Shown piece by piece: positions 13,368 through 25,100 of a stretch of 64,000 bases of DNA. A program made the position numbers and the translations under genes. Source of the DNA: Antedon mediterranea (Eukaryota > Animalia > Echinodermata); assembly GCF_964355755.1 (NCBI RefSeq), contig NC_092670.1, positions 2,966,201 to 3,030,200 of the forward strand. The letters are read 5' to 3'. Within the stretch, counting starts at the first letter, position 1, and each line of letters begins with the position of its first letter. Below the pieces are notes generated by a model, which was not told the origin of the DNA, made no database searches, and saw nothing but the letters and a program-made list of their open reading frames with translations.

Positions 13368-14963
13368 GCGGCGAATACTAGTTCAGAAAATGGAACAGTC
13401 CACTGTGCGGGGCTTATCCAATCATTAATTAACGCGCTAATACCTAGGCGACGGTAATTTAGTAATAAGCGGAGAACTGAATCCCCCGTAAGGAAAATGG
13501 TAAACACTGATATTTATGGTAGGGATTATTTTTTTCAGTGGTTGGTCTTGTTGGCTTCTTCGCACCAGGTCCACGCAAAGTCAAATAAAACGATGTGGTT
13601 TATCAAACAGAAATATAAATTAGCTTTAATTCATTACTAAATTAGCCAGATTTTGATAATGAGAAAGGCTAAAAAATTGTTATCGTTAAAATTGACATAT
13701 GAGGCGGATGTACATAATAATAATAACCGATTTACATATCAAAATAAAGAGTATTTAAAGCCTGATAACATGCAACAAAAATTACTCCACCACCTATTAT
13801 GGACCTCGTGCGATCGGGTGCGAAATGGGTAGGTGTTTTCCAAAGTTATTTTTAGCGCGCAGATTTCGGCTCGCCGGCTTTTGTACCTCATTTTTAACTC
13901 GTGTTTTCTATTAAAATATTTAATAAACATAGATTAAAAATATATAAAAATAATCCCTTAAACAAGATCTTTCCAGGCATATAATTTTTATTCTCATGGG
14001 TACATAAGAAATAGTATATTTTTAACTTCAAAGACACGTCACTTTTTGAAATTTCACGAACGTGTTAAAATCGCGGTAACGAAAATCAGCTTCATTGGGA
14101 TAAATGTCTTAATGCTGTTTGTGATTTAGGCTAATTTCACTACAAGCATGTGTATGCAAGTTTGGTGTAATGGTTATGTAACAAGCCTTTCAATTAAAGC
14201 CCCATTCCCTACGTTTTTTAGATCTAATTTAAGATCACAAACTATATTTAATGTAAAAATAATACTATATGGTCCTATTGCGATAACTTTTTTCGTCTTT
14301 AAACGGTTAAAAATGTGAAAAATAAGTCGATTCTAATAATTATAGCGGCCCGCTATAAATCCCAAAATGCATTGCGCGTGGATTGATATTTTTGTTTTTC
14401 ACCTGTAATTCGCCCACTTTTCGATCGATCGTGAGGCCAAAACAAATGGAAGACTCCTAAATTTTCAGCGAAAATACCAGGTTTTCCCCAATTTGTATCA
14501 ATGGAGTCTGGCAAAAATAGAAAGACAATTAATGCAGCAACTATACGTCAGGCTAGGTATATAGCTCGCGTACGATGTTCGTACGTTACCGATGTTTACC
14601 AGCTAGGCCTACAAAACTAAGCCTAGCTAGGCTAGGCCTAAGACCGTCCACGAGAGGTCGATCGCCGCGAGCTACTTAGGTAGTGCATTGTTTCTCACTT
14701 TTTATCATAATTTACCATAAAACGTACATTTAAGACAAGGAATGACATGGTTTAATGTTTTTAAAGTGATATATATGTATTATTTTCCAAAAAACGTCCA
14801 AAATTGCAGGGAAGGGGTCTTTAACAATAGCTTCAGATGACTAACAATAGAACAGCAACGCGAAAATCAAACAAGTGAATTTGAAAAGAAAGAAGTTGTT
14901 TAAACTACTCGCATAAAAAAAGATGGTGATTAAATCAAATTATGTTTTAAAATTACAAATCAC

Positions 14964-15281
14964 AAATTATAACTCTTGCCTCTTGTACAAAAATGAAGTT
15001 TTTTGGACAAGTAGTTTTTGAGTAAATGCAATTTCAGTTTACTTGTTACTCGCCGGCTTTTGAAAAATTCTGTCCTATCTTTTAACACCACTAGCAGGTC
15101 TGAAAAGTATACTAAAAAGTGGTCCAGAATTGGAACCATGGTCTCAAATGGTCCCAAAATTTAATGGAATGGACCACATATCTATCTGTATATTCATTTT
15201 GGTAAAGATCTTGTATTTACTTTTTGAGTAATTCTGGTAACAAACAGACAAACAAACACACGCCTCCTTGGCGGAGGTAAA
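14964..15281 (-). mobile_element. Helentron-associated (DINE/HINE-like) non-autonomous element
   Basis: Terminal hairpin CCTCCTTGGCGGAGGTAA next to a CAAA/CAGA microsatellite; left boundary uncertain. Confidence 0.4.
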
Positions 15282-16147
15282 TAAGTAAATGTAGTTACTG
15301 CAGTAAATGCTCAAATGTCCTTTGACCTTGTGAGTTGTTCCATTACAGAATAGATAAGTTATACCATGAGTGCATTTGTTTTGAATTAATAATTTAGGTA
15401 TCTTGATATTACAGTCAACTCTCCCTAGGGCGGGCATATATTTTCCGGTTTTTCGAAATTCCGGTTTCCTGAAAACATATTTTTGAAGTTATCACGTTGT
15501 CACTGAAAATGCTTGAATCACCGGTCCGAATGCTGCCCGGTACGCGGTCTAGCGTAGGGAGGGGAGGCCTAGGCTAGGCTATGATTATGTCATGCTACTG
15601 TAGTTTGAATTAAATAAATACTGATAGGCCTAGGCCTACTTTATTAATATTAAGCTAATTTAATTTACCTTTTTTAAAAGTTACATTATGTACCAATAAA
15701 ACATGTTACAGTAGTAAATTATTGTTTCTCAATGTGTTTTTTACGTACATACGGTGAACATAATTTCGGTCTGTTTATTGTTTTTCGCGAGCTAGGTAGC
15801 AGCAGCAGTGTGGCCAGCGAGCGAAATGAAATTATGCTAGGCACAATTAAGGCTAAAAGTGCACCAAAATAGTGAATAAGAGGGCGGTTTATGTGTATGT
15901 TGTATGTACCACAAAGGTGGAAAGCAAAAAAAAAAAAAAAAAAAAAAAGATCTTCGGGTTTTCAGCCAAATTATGCTAGATTGTGTACAAATTATGCCAG
16001 ATTTTTTCGCAATTATGCCAGATAATATGCTAAATCGTGGTAGATAATATGCTAACTCGTGGTGAATATGTTGTATCTTTGCGTTTTTCAAATTATGCCA
16101 GATTATGCCAGATTTCCTAAAATTATGCCTAGCATAATCAGTGTCAC

Positions 16148-17051
16148 CAATTTTGTTGATCTCGTGTACCATCTCTACCGATTCCAATTCAAAGAATTCA
16201 AACGCTTCTCCTTCATCATCAGGGTGTGTAATTTCTTTGATTGAGTGTGCTGCTCCTCTTCCTTTTCTGGCTATGTATCGTTTATCTTTACTTGTTCCTT
16301 GACCGGTCTGTGTTCTCATGGGTTGACTGCTTCTGCACTTCACAGCAAAGTGATTTGGTTTGTTGCATTTTTTACAAGTTTTCCCGAATGCCGGGCAGTT
16401 TCTAGGTGTGTGTGTTCTCCCACACTGACGGCAATCAGTCACAGTCTTCTGCTGTTGCTTTAAAATTTCAATTGTTTTCTCTGTGGACTGGTTTGTAGCA
16501 CCCAATGTCTTTGTGTGCGTTTCACTCAGTTCGGCAGCTTGGCAATACGTGGTTGCCTTTTCAAGTGTTAGTTTAGTATTTTTCAGAAGTCCTTTTCTGA
16601 CTGTGTTATCTCTAATTCCAATGACTATTTGGTCTTTGATGAGGCTGTCGTTAAGCTCACCAAATTCACATTGTCGTGCTTTTGTCTTTAGATCTGTCAG
16701 GAAGTCATTGAATTGTTCTTTCTCGCCTTGTTTTCTAGTGAAGAACTTATATCTGTCATATGTTACGTTTTTTAATGGTTGACAGCGCTCCCTAAATTTG
16801 TTTAACACTGGCTCTAACCTGTTTTTATCTGCTTCATCTGTGAACGTGAATGAATTATATGTGGCTAGACTGTCTTCTCCCACACAGTTCATGAGTATTG
16901 CGACCTTCACGTTGTCCGGCTTATCATTTAGGCCCCCTGCAGCTGTCAGATATATGGTAAAGCTTTGTTCGAACTTTTTCCAATTTTCCGCTATTTCAGA
17001 GTTCAACTTTAGTGGTCCTGGAGGTCTAATGCTTCCATACATTCGATCCAT
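16148..17051 (-). CDS. Retrotransposon Gag with two zinc knuckles, truncated; ORF runs on into MITE DNA to 15837
   Basis: NWKKFEQSF, DRYKFFTRKQGEKE, CEFGELNDSLIKDQIVIGIRD, CRQCGRTH..CPAFGKTCKKCNKPNHFAVKC. Confidence 0.85.
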
Positions 17052-17219
17052 TTTTGCGGATGTCTATTTTGGGGTTCGATTTTATCCGATTATTTCTGAC
17101 ACCATGTGATGTTTAATAATGACAGGAGCCATGTTTGTGTACGACTGTTTTTTATTATCCCTATAGAGGGCGACAACATCATATGTTGGAGTATGTAGTT
17201 ATTGTTAACATACATTACA
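16148..17219 (-). mobile_element. Ty3/Gypsy (Mag-like) fragment: 115-bp 5' LTR, PBS and gag
   Basis: LTR TGTAATG...ATCACA at 17219-17105; PBS TGGTGTCAGAA; GTCAC on both sides (16143-47, 17220-24); no pol or 3' LTR. Confidence 0.85.
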
Positions 17220-20200
17220 GTCACTACTGGGGCTGAAAGGTGAAGAACATTTGGAAAAATAGGGTTGCTACGACGATGCAAATGGAACATAATTTGAAAT
17301 ATGGAAAACAAATTCTCCTAGAAGAAATTCTTTTTAAAATTAGAGCTTCTAATTAGTTACTGGAAATTGCCATTTCAAGGGTTGGGGTAGGGGTGCGGCC
17401 ACTTATAATTATGAACTGAAACAACAAAACCCCTTTCATAATGTTTTCGTTCAATTGTCTCTATATCTGGGGATCCAATAACCTGCATGGTCTCTGAAAT
17501 AGAGCAACATAATTGGCCAATAGCTAGCCTCTTCGGATTTGTTGTGCTGCCTATTTCGAGCAGCCTTCCTATCCGAAGAGTCTATTTAAGTCCGAAACAA
17601 AAGGATGGAAGAACTATTGTACGGAAAACCCGAACAGATCTGTTTTGTACGATATGATATTGTGTAAGGTGATGATATGTATTAAATTGCAAGATTAACA
17701 AAATATTTTATTTTTGTTCTGTGGTATATTATTTTTTTGGTTGTTCAAAAAACACAAAATTATGCCAGATTATGCTAAAAACGGCTAAATAATGCCGCGG
17801 CATTATGCCAGATGCCGTGGGCCTCTAAATAATGCCAAAAAGCATAATAATGCCAGAAATGGCAACTATGAGCAGCAGCATGTGTGATAAAAATAGGAGA
17901 GCGTGGATTTGATTGATGCGCATGTGCAGAGGTGTCATAATCAAATAAAAACGCCCACACCTAGACCACATGTTTTTTAAGCTCCTTTATTTTGACGTAA
18001 TTTGATAGCAAAGATGAAAATTGATTAAGTAAACGAGCCAAGCAATAATGACACAATAATTAATTGGTAACATTTCAAAGTTTATTAACACTATAAAATT
18101 AAAATTAACAAATTATGGCAGACATTTACATTTTATCAGATTTTAAACTAATCATCTAAAGATGCCTGTTTGGAGTTTCTGCGTTTAATTAAAATTTCTT
18201 TCTCCATAATTTCCGTTAATTCCTGAAGTTGTTGATCGATAATTTCAAAATGATGTGCCTTTGAACGAACACCGTTCCTAATTTGACCAATCATAGATAA
18301 CATTTCGCTAAAAGATAAAGTTCTAAAATCATCAGTGTTTTCATCCTCTTCGCCTTCTGGTTCATCATCAGCAATCACTGGTTCCTTGTCACCATTATAG
18401 ATCCTGATTAGTTCATGTTCCCATTCATCGCTAATTTCTTCTACCGGAATTAAATTATCAATGTTTATGTATGTTTCTACGTCTAAATTGGTGTCTATCT
18501 CTCTAACCAATTCTCGAATCTCTCCTTCCACCATGTCAACATTATTGTCGTCAATCTGGGTATTGTTCAAACAGTTAAATCCACAACGGTTAAAGCATTT
18601 AATTATTGTAGTCTCTGATGTCTCTCTCCATGATGTTGCTGTCCAGTTTACTGCATCCAGAACGTTAGTTTGTTTTGTGATGTCGCTTGCTGATTGTGCA
18701 TCATCAACTTAAATTCGCTAAAACACTCCGCAACAACTTTGCTCTGTAGCGACTTTTAAACGCTTTAATTATTCCTTGGTCAAGCGGTTGTAAAACAGAC
18801 GTTGTGTTTGGTGGTAGGAACGCAAGCTTGATGTTGCTCTTCTCTAATCCAACATGAGAAGAGGCGTTATCAAGAAATAATAAAATATTTCTACCCTGAA
18901 ACATCATTTGATTGTTTAAGTCCGTCAAATAATCATCAAACAACGCACCAGTCATCCAGGCTTTTCTGTTAGCTTTCCACACTACGGGAAGTCGATATTT
19001 CTTTATGGTTTTAAAGCATCTTGGGTTTTCAGCACGTCCGATAATCATTGGTTTAAGCTGAAAAAATAAATAACGAACATGATTAAAAAATACAGAAAAA
19101 ACAACATTTGAAGAGGAAACAAGATCTTTTTATTGATGCTTTTTATTTAAGATATTTAAAAACGGATGGTGCTGCTGTTTTCAAAGGTTTCATATGGACA
19201 GACGAAAATAACAAAATCTTATGATGTACAAAAAATAAATAACATGGCTCTAAAATCTGACAAAAATTACATGAAAAACAATAAAGAAAAAAAACAACGC
19301 ATAACGATGCGCACATGACTGATTGCATGATGTGATGCGGATAGACAAAATAAATGATTAAAAATAAAACGAAAAACGTACCTTATACTGCTCATACTGC
19401 ATGTGAACATCACTGTTAGTCTTTCTTTAGAAGATTTCACTCCTTTAACGTCATCATGCTTTTCAGCTAGTGTAATGCACAGAAAAACAGACCAGTTTCA
19501 TCACAGTTAAAAATGTCCTTTGGTTCATAACCAACGCAAAGTTCGGAAATCTGTTCTTTCCACTGTGTTACAACTTCCTGATTAACATCCTCTTTTTCTC
19601 CGCAGATAACCAATTGTTTTATGTCGTGTCTCCTTTTCCATTTGGTTAACCATCCATCAGATGCTTTGAAGTCCACAAGGTTCAATTCCTCTGCAAATTG
19701 CTCTGCCTTTGCCTTTATTAAGGGTCCACTAATGGGGATATGTTTATCCCTGGGTGTCACGAAACCTAAGACCACGAAAGCTAAGACCCCCAAGACCTAA
19801 GATCACGAAAGCTAAGACCCAAGACCAAAGATTACAAATATTTATCTTTCGCACCTGCCTTGTATTTTAACTCCCAACATTTATTCTGAATACCACACCT
19901 TAGAATTGGCACTTTTATGAAAAAGAATCACATAAAAAGTAACAAATACATTTTTAAATTGATGATTTTACAGACGTTTTTCTCGCACACAAACTGTTTG
20001 CGAATTTCGCATGACTAGCCTACAGTACAGCAGCAGTTGTAGGCCTACCATGTTCAATGTTTTTGTTTCTATGGAACGTCAAAAGAGCAAAAATTATATA
20101 GAGGGCTGAAAACTCTGTGGAGTCCATCTACAGTGTGGATGGAACAATGTAAAATTAAAATTGTAATGATAATAGTATAATCATGCAAGTACGAAGAAAT

Positions 20201-21342
20201 AAATACTGGCAAATAAATTTTAATTTTAAAATCATGATTTGTTTCGTTTTCTTTCTGTTTTTATACTTGTACTATTATTGTTGCTCTTTTGGCGCTCCAT
20301 AGAAACAAAAACATTGAGCATGGACGGAGCTCGAGGAGTTACAGTATACAAAGAAACATGTCTGTAAAATCATCAATTTAAAGGATTTATTTATTTGTTT
20401 TTATGTGTTTCTCCGTCTGAAAGTACTTATAAATCCTAATTTAAAGTGTGGTATTCAGGATAAAGTCAAAAAATTTGGAGTCAAAATACAAGAAAGGCAG
20501 GTGCGTAAGAAAAACATCCTCTGAACCAACACAATGGAGTAAATATATACCAACAAACAACCCGTCAAGTTTGTTTGTTGTAAAGAAAAAAATATACATT
20601 TACTCAACGGGCGAAAATAATGTGAGTTTATCTATGTTTTGCGGTAGTATTTAATTATATTTATGGTAATAAATGAAACCTACTGTGTTTAAAATTATGT
20701 ATGGATAAACAAGTATTGTTTTTAAGCTGTAGTATATCTTAGTATTTGTAATCTTAGGTGTTGGGTCTTAGCTTTCGTGATCTTAGGTCTTAGGGGGTCT
20801 TAGCTTGATGATATGCTGTGATTCAACGAGAGTAGACGTGTTTGAAGGAGCTCTCGCTAGCCATACTAGCCAAACCGGCGTTTCAACTAACTGTAACACA
20901 CCAAGCTGAACATACTTCATATTTCCCGCTGCAGATCAAATCACAGCGGCACACCTTAAGCCTAGACTCTGACTTTTTTTTTTCTTGGATCAATTTCGTA
21001 CGGATTACCTATCAATAATCATCATTACTTTACACAGTTGAATTTATTTGTGCGTTTACATGGACTATATACCAACACTTTGCCGAGGAAAGTAAGCTAT
21101 CGCTAGCCAAGCTAAACCAGCGATTAAAACACGCCAAGCTGAACAACTCATATTTCCCGCTGAGGGTAAGCTCATAACGGCACAACTTAAACATACCTCT
21201 GTCTATTTAGTATAATCTAGAACGGATTACCCATTAATAATCATCATTGATTTACACAGTTGAATTTGTGTGTAGTTATTTATGGACAATACCCCCATTT
21301 TACTGAGGAATGTTTCATAAAATAGTGAATGGTCTATAGCAG

Positions 21343-22185
21343 ATGGCTATTAACAATTGGAATACCCAAGACTACTATAAAATGATTGTCAGTATAATTA
21401 TAAATACCATTGTTCTCGTACCAATTGCATTCAAGCTACTTATTATAGCCGGCGATATAGAAACAAATCCGGGTCCTATAGAAACCAGACAAACAACAAT
21501 TAAAGAATCAATGGGAATGGAACCTTCATTGAAAGATGTTTTGAAACAACTTAACGATATGAATACAGTTTTAAACGATAAAATGGATAGGATAGCTTCT
21601 GATTTCGCTTCAATTAAAGGAGATATGTCGAAAGGATTTGACAGGCTAACTAAAAAAATAACTGATTTGGAAGAAGAAAATATAAGACTAAAAAACACAA
21701 ACAAAGTTATAACTACACAACTAGATAAACTAGAAGCTGAAAGTCGTCGTAATAACATCATTATTTATGATATCCCTGAAGATGATAGAAATGAAACGTG
21801 GCTTGACTGCGAACGAAAGGTAAAGGATTATATAACAACAAATTTAGAAATCGAAGAGGTCGCTTTCGAGAGAGCGCATAGATTGCACAGCAAAAGTAAC
21901 CCACGACCAATCATAGCAAAACTTACTAGCTACAAACAAAAAGATGAAATAATGTCCAAAAATAGAGCACTCAAAAGGAAAATGACTGGAAATAAATCAA
22001 AAATTAACATGGGTGAAGATTATACTTTCAGAGTCCGTAAAATTAGAAAAGGCCTACAACCAAGGATACAACAAGCAATCAAAAACAACGATCGTTTTCG
22101 GCTCAGATATGATAAGCTGTTTATAGGCGACGAAGTATATACATTCAACGTAGAAGACAACAAAATCATAAACCTCACAAAATAG
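21343..22185 (+). CDS. LINE ORF1: N-terminal 2A-like peptide, coiled coil, L1-type RNA-binding domain
   Basis: GDIETNPGP; heptad-like region; RRNNIIIYDIPE, ERAHRL, PRPIIAKL. Confidence 0.9.
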   Translation: MAINNWNTQDYYKMIVSIIINTIVLVPIAFKLLIIAGDIETNPGPIETRQTTIKESMGMEPSLKDVLKQLNDMNTVLNDKMDRIASDFASIKGDMSKGFDRLTKKITDLEEENIRLKNTNKVITTQLDKLEAESRRNNIIIYDIPEDDRNETWLDCERKVKDYITTNLEIEEVAFERAHRLHSKSNPRPIIAKLTSYKQKDEIMSKNRALKRKMTGNKSKINMGEDYTFRVRKIRKGLQPRIQQAIKNNDRFRLRYDKLFIGDEVYTFNVEDNKIINLTK

Positions 22186-25100
22186 GGTTTTGGCCGTGGT
22201 CCTAATGAAGAACAATCTGAACCATCTTTGAAAGTCACTAAACACATTGATTGTATTTCTTGGAATATTAATGGTATTAATAACAAATTCGCTGATTCTG
22301 ACTTTATTGAGTATGTTAACAAATTTGACATAATTTGTTTTAGTGAAACATGGGATAAATATCGGAACGATTACAATATTAAAGGTTTTACTTGCATATC
22401 AAAATTACCAGATAAAACAAGTCGACATGGAAGAAATAGTGGAGGCGTAATGGTATATTATAAATTAAATCTCGTCGTTGAAGAACTGCCAAGTGCATCG
22501 AATAACATTATTTGGTTAAGGATTACTCTATCCCCAACCGACACTGTTGTAATCGGTTTTTTGTATAGACCACCAAGTACATCCAGTTACGCGACAACTG
22601 ACTTTTTTGACATTTTATCTAACGAATATTTGCATTACAGCTCCCAAATATCAGACATAGTATATGTAGTTGGCGACTTTAATGGTAGAACTGGTTCGGA
22701 GGACGATTACATATCTGCTGACGAAAATGACACATGGAACAATAATCTTTTTCTGGAAGACAACATCCGGATTGAAAGTAGAACGAATTCTGATTGTATA
22801 CTAAATTGCTACGGTAAAGATATATTAGAATTTTGCAAAGAAACTGGTATGCGAATCACAAATGGTAGAATTGATAAAGAATCATCCAGTGGTTTTACAT
22901 TTATCAGTTCACAAGGTAAAAGTGTATGTGATTACCTTCTTACTAACTCAAACAACTTTAAACTAATATCTTATTTAAGAATTGATGACCGTGTTGAATC
23001 GGATCATATGCCAATTGCCTTTAGTATTCAATTCAAAGACAAAGAACACACCAAAATGATTGTCAATGAAGATGACACGTTTACCCAGAGTACGTTCAAA
23101 TGGTCCAACAGTTACATTAATGCATCCAAAGTCAGATGGGAACATGATATCATTGAAACTATTGATAATGATTTTATGAATGCTATCTCTCAAAATAAAA
23201 TTGATGAGGCAGTTTCACATTTATGTAAAATTTTTGAATACGTATGTAAAGGAATTAAGTATACACAAACAAGTAAATCTTCAACTTCTACAAAACGAAA
23301 CGAATGGTTTGATAAAGATTGTAAGAACCTTAAAATGCAGGTTAAACAATCATTAAAGAGATTTAGAATTATGCGCACTCAACCTTTTTTAAATAATTAT
23401 ATTCAGATAAAAAAGCAATATAAATCGCTATTAAAATGCAAAAAAAATAACTTTCATAAAAGAATACGCAAACAAATTATCGATTCACTCAATACAAAGG
23501 ATAGCAAAACGTTTTGGATGAAGTTGAAGACAAAACAGAAATTATCTTGCGAACTTTCTATTAATCAATGTTATATTCATTTTAAGAACCTATTTAAAAA
23601 CGATGAGTCTATTGGTAGCGATGAGTTGCCAAAAATCACAGAATGCCAACAGAATGAAGACGATGATTATTTAGACCACGACATAACGTTGGATGAAATA
23701 AAAAAAGCATTTAATTCTCAAAATAGTGGAAAAGCTCCCGGCATTGATGGAATGAATTTTGAATTTTTGCTAAACGCCCCCAACATTATTTTTGATATTT
23801 TAAAAATTCTTTTTAACGCCATATTTTTAGTTGAAAAATTTCCCAAACAATGGGCAACAAGCTTAATCGTTCCAATTTTTAAAAATGGAGATAAAAACAA
23901 ACCTGAAAATTATAGAGGTATTTCTTTAATTCCAATCCTAGGAAAAATATTTTTAAATATTCTTAATTCTAGGTTAACACAATTTACAAATAGTAAAAAG
24001 TTAATTCATGAGGAACAAGCAGGCTTTCGTAAGGGATATAGAACGACAGATAATATATTCATTTTAGATACCCTCATCTCTAAATACTTAGATAAAAAGC
24101 GGGGTAGGATTTTTGTTTGTTTTGTTGATCTTAAACGTGCCTTTGACTCTATAAATCATACACTTTTACTACATAAGTTGAAATGTATCGGTGTTTCAGG
24201 CAGAATGTTACACATAATAAATTCCTTATACCAAAACTTATCTGCTCATGTTAAAATTGGCAACAAACTTAGTCCATCTTTTAATTGTTCGATTGGAGTA
24301 CAACAAGGTTCTCCGTTGTCGTCTTTACTCTTTAATATTTACATTAATGATTTGAGTGGTATACTTAATCAGGTAAACGATTTCATTCAAATTGGAGATT
24401 GTCATATGAATCATCTTCTTTATGCAGATGACTTAGTGCTTGTTAGTGATACGGTGAAAGGTCTCCAAAAATTAATAAATAAACTTGAACTTTATTGTGA
24501 TACTTGGAAACTTACTGTAAACACTACACAATCCAAAATTATGGTTTTTAAAAATGGCCGCAATTTAAGGAACATTGAAAAATGGAAGTATAAAAATATT
24601 CAATTAAAAATTGTTAATTCGTATAATTATCTTGGTGTTATTTTTAGTTCAAATGGTGCATGGAACAACTCAATGCAACATAATCAACAAAAAGCAAATC
24701 AAAGTTTATTCTGCTTAAAATCATTCATTTATCGTAACTTATCTTTTCTTCCAATTAATACATGGAACCATATCTTTGATGTGAAAATACTTCCTATTTT
24801 AACGTATGGAAGCGAAATCTGGGGAATGTCAGATAGCACAAACATTATAGAAAAAACACGTACTAAATTTTGTAGATATTTATTGCAAGTTGGAAAAAAT
24901 GCACCAAATGCCGCTGTTACTTCTGAGTTAGGTAGATTACCACTTTCTGTGGATTGTTTAGTTACAGTTATAAGATTTTGGTTACACATTATTACTTTAG
25001 ATCATGACAGATTCATTTTTAAGTGTTATGAATTTCAACTTAGAAAAGTTAACCGTAATGAGAATTGTTGGGCACAACAGGTCAAACACTTACTCTTTTC

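Larger units (their letters stand above)
15806..17870. mobile_element. hAT/P-type non-autonomous element nested in pogo; same family as 13060-13367
   Basis: 8-bp TSD AGCAGCAG (15798-805 and 17871-78); CAGTGTGGCCA...TGGCAACTATG; left part nearly identical to the 13.1-kb MITE. Confidence 0.85.

Noticed and set aside
12935-13507. 190-aa and 93-aa ORFs
   Set aside because: They run through MITE repeats and a poly-A tract; no domain signal.
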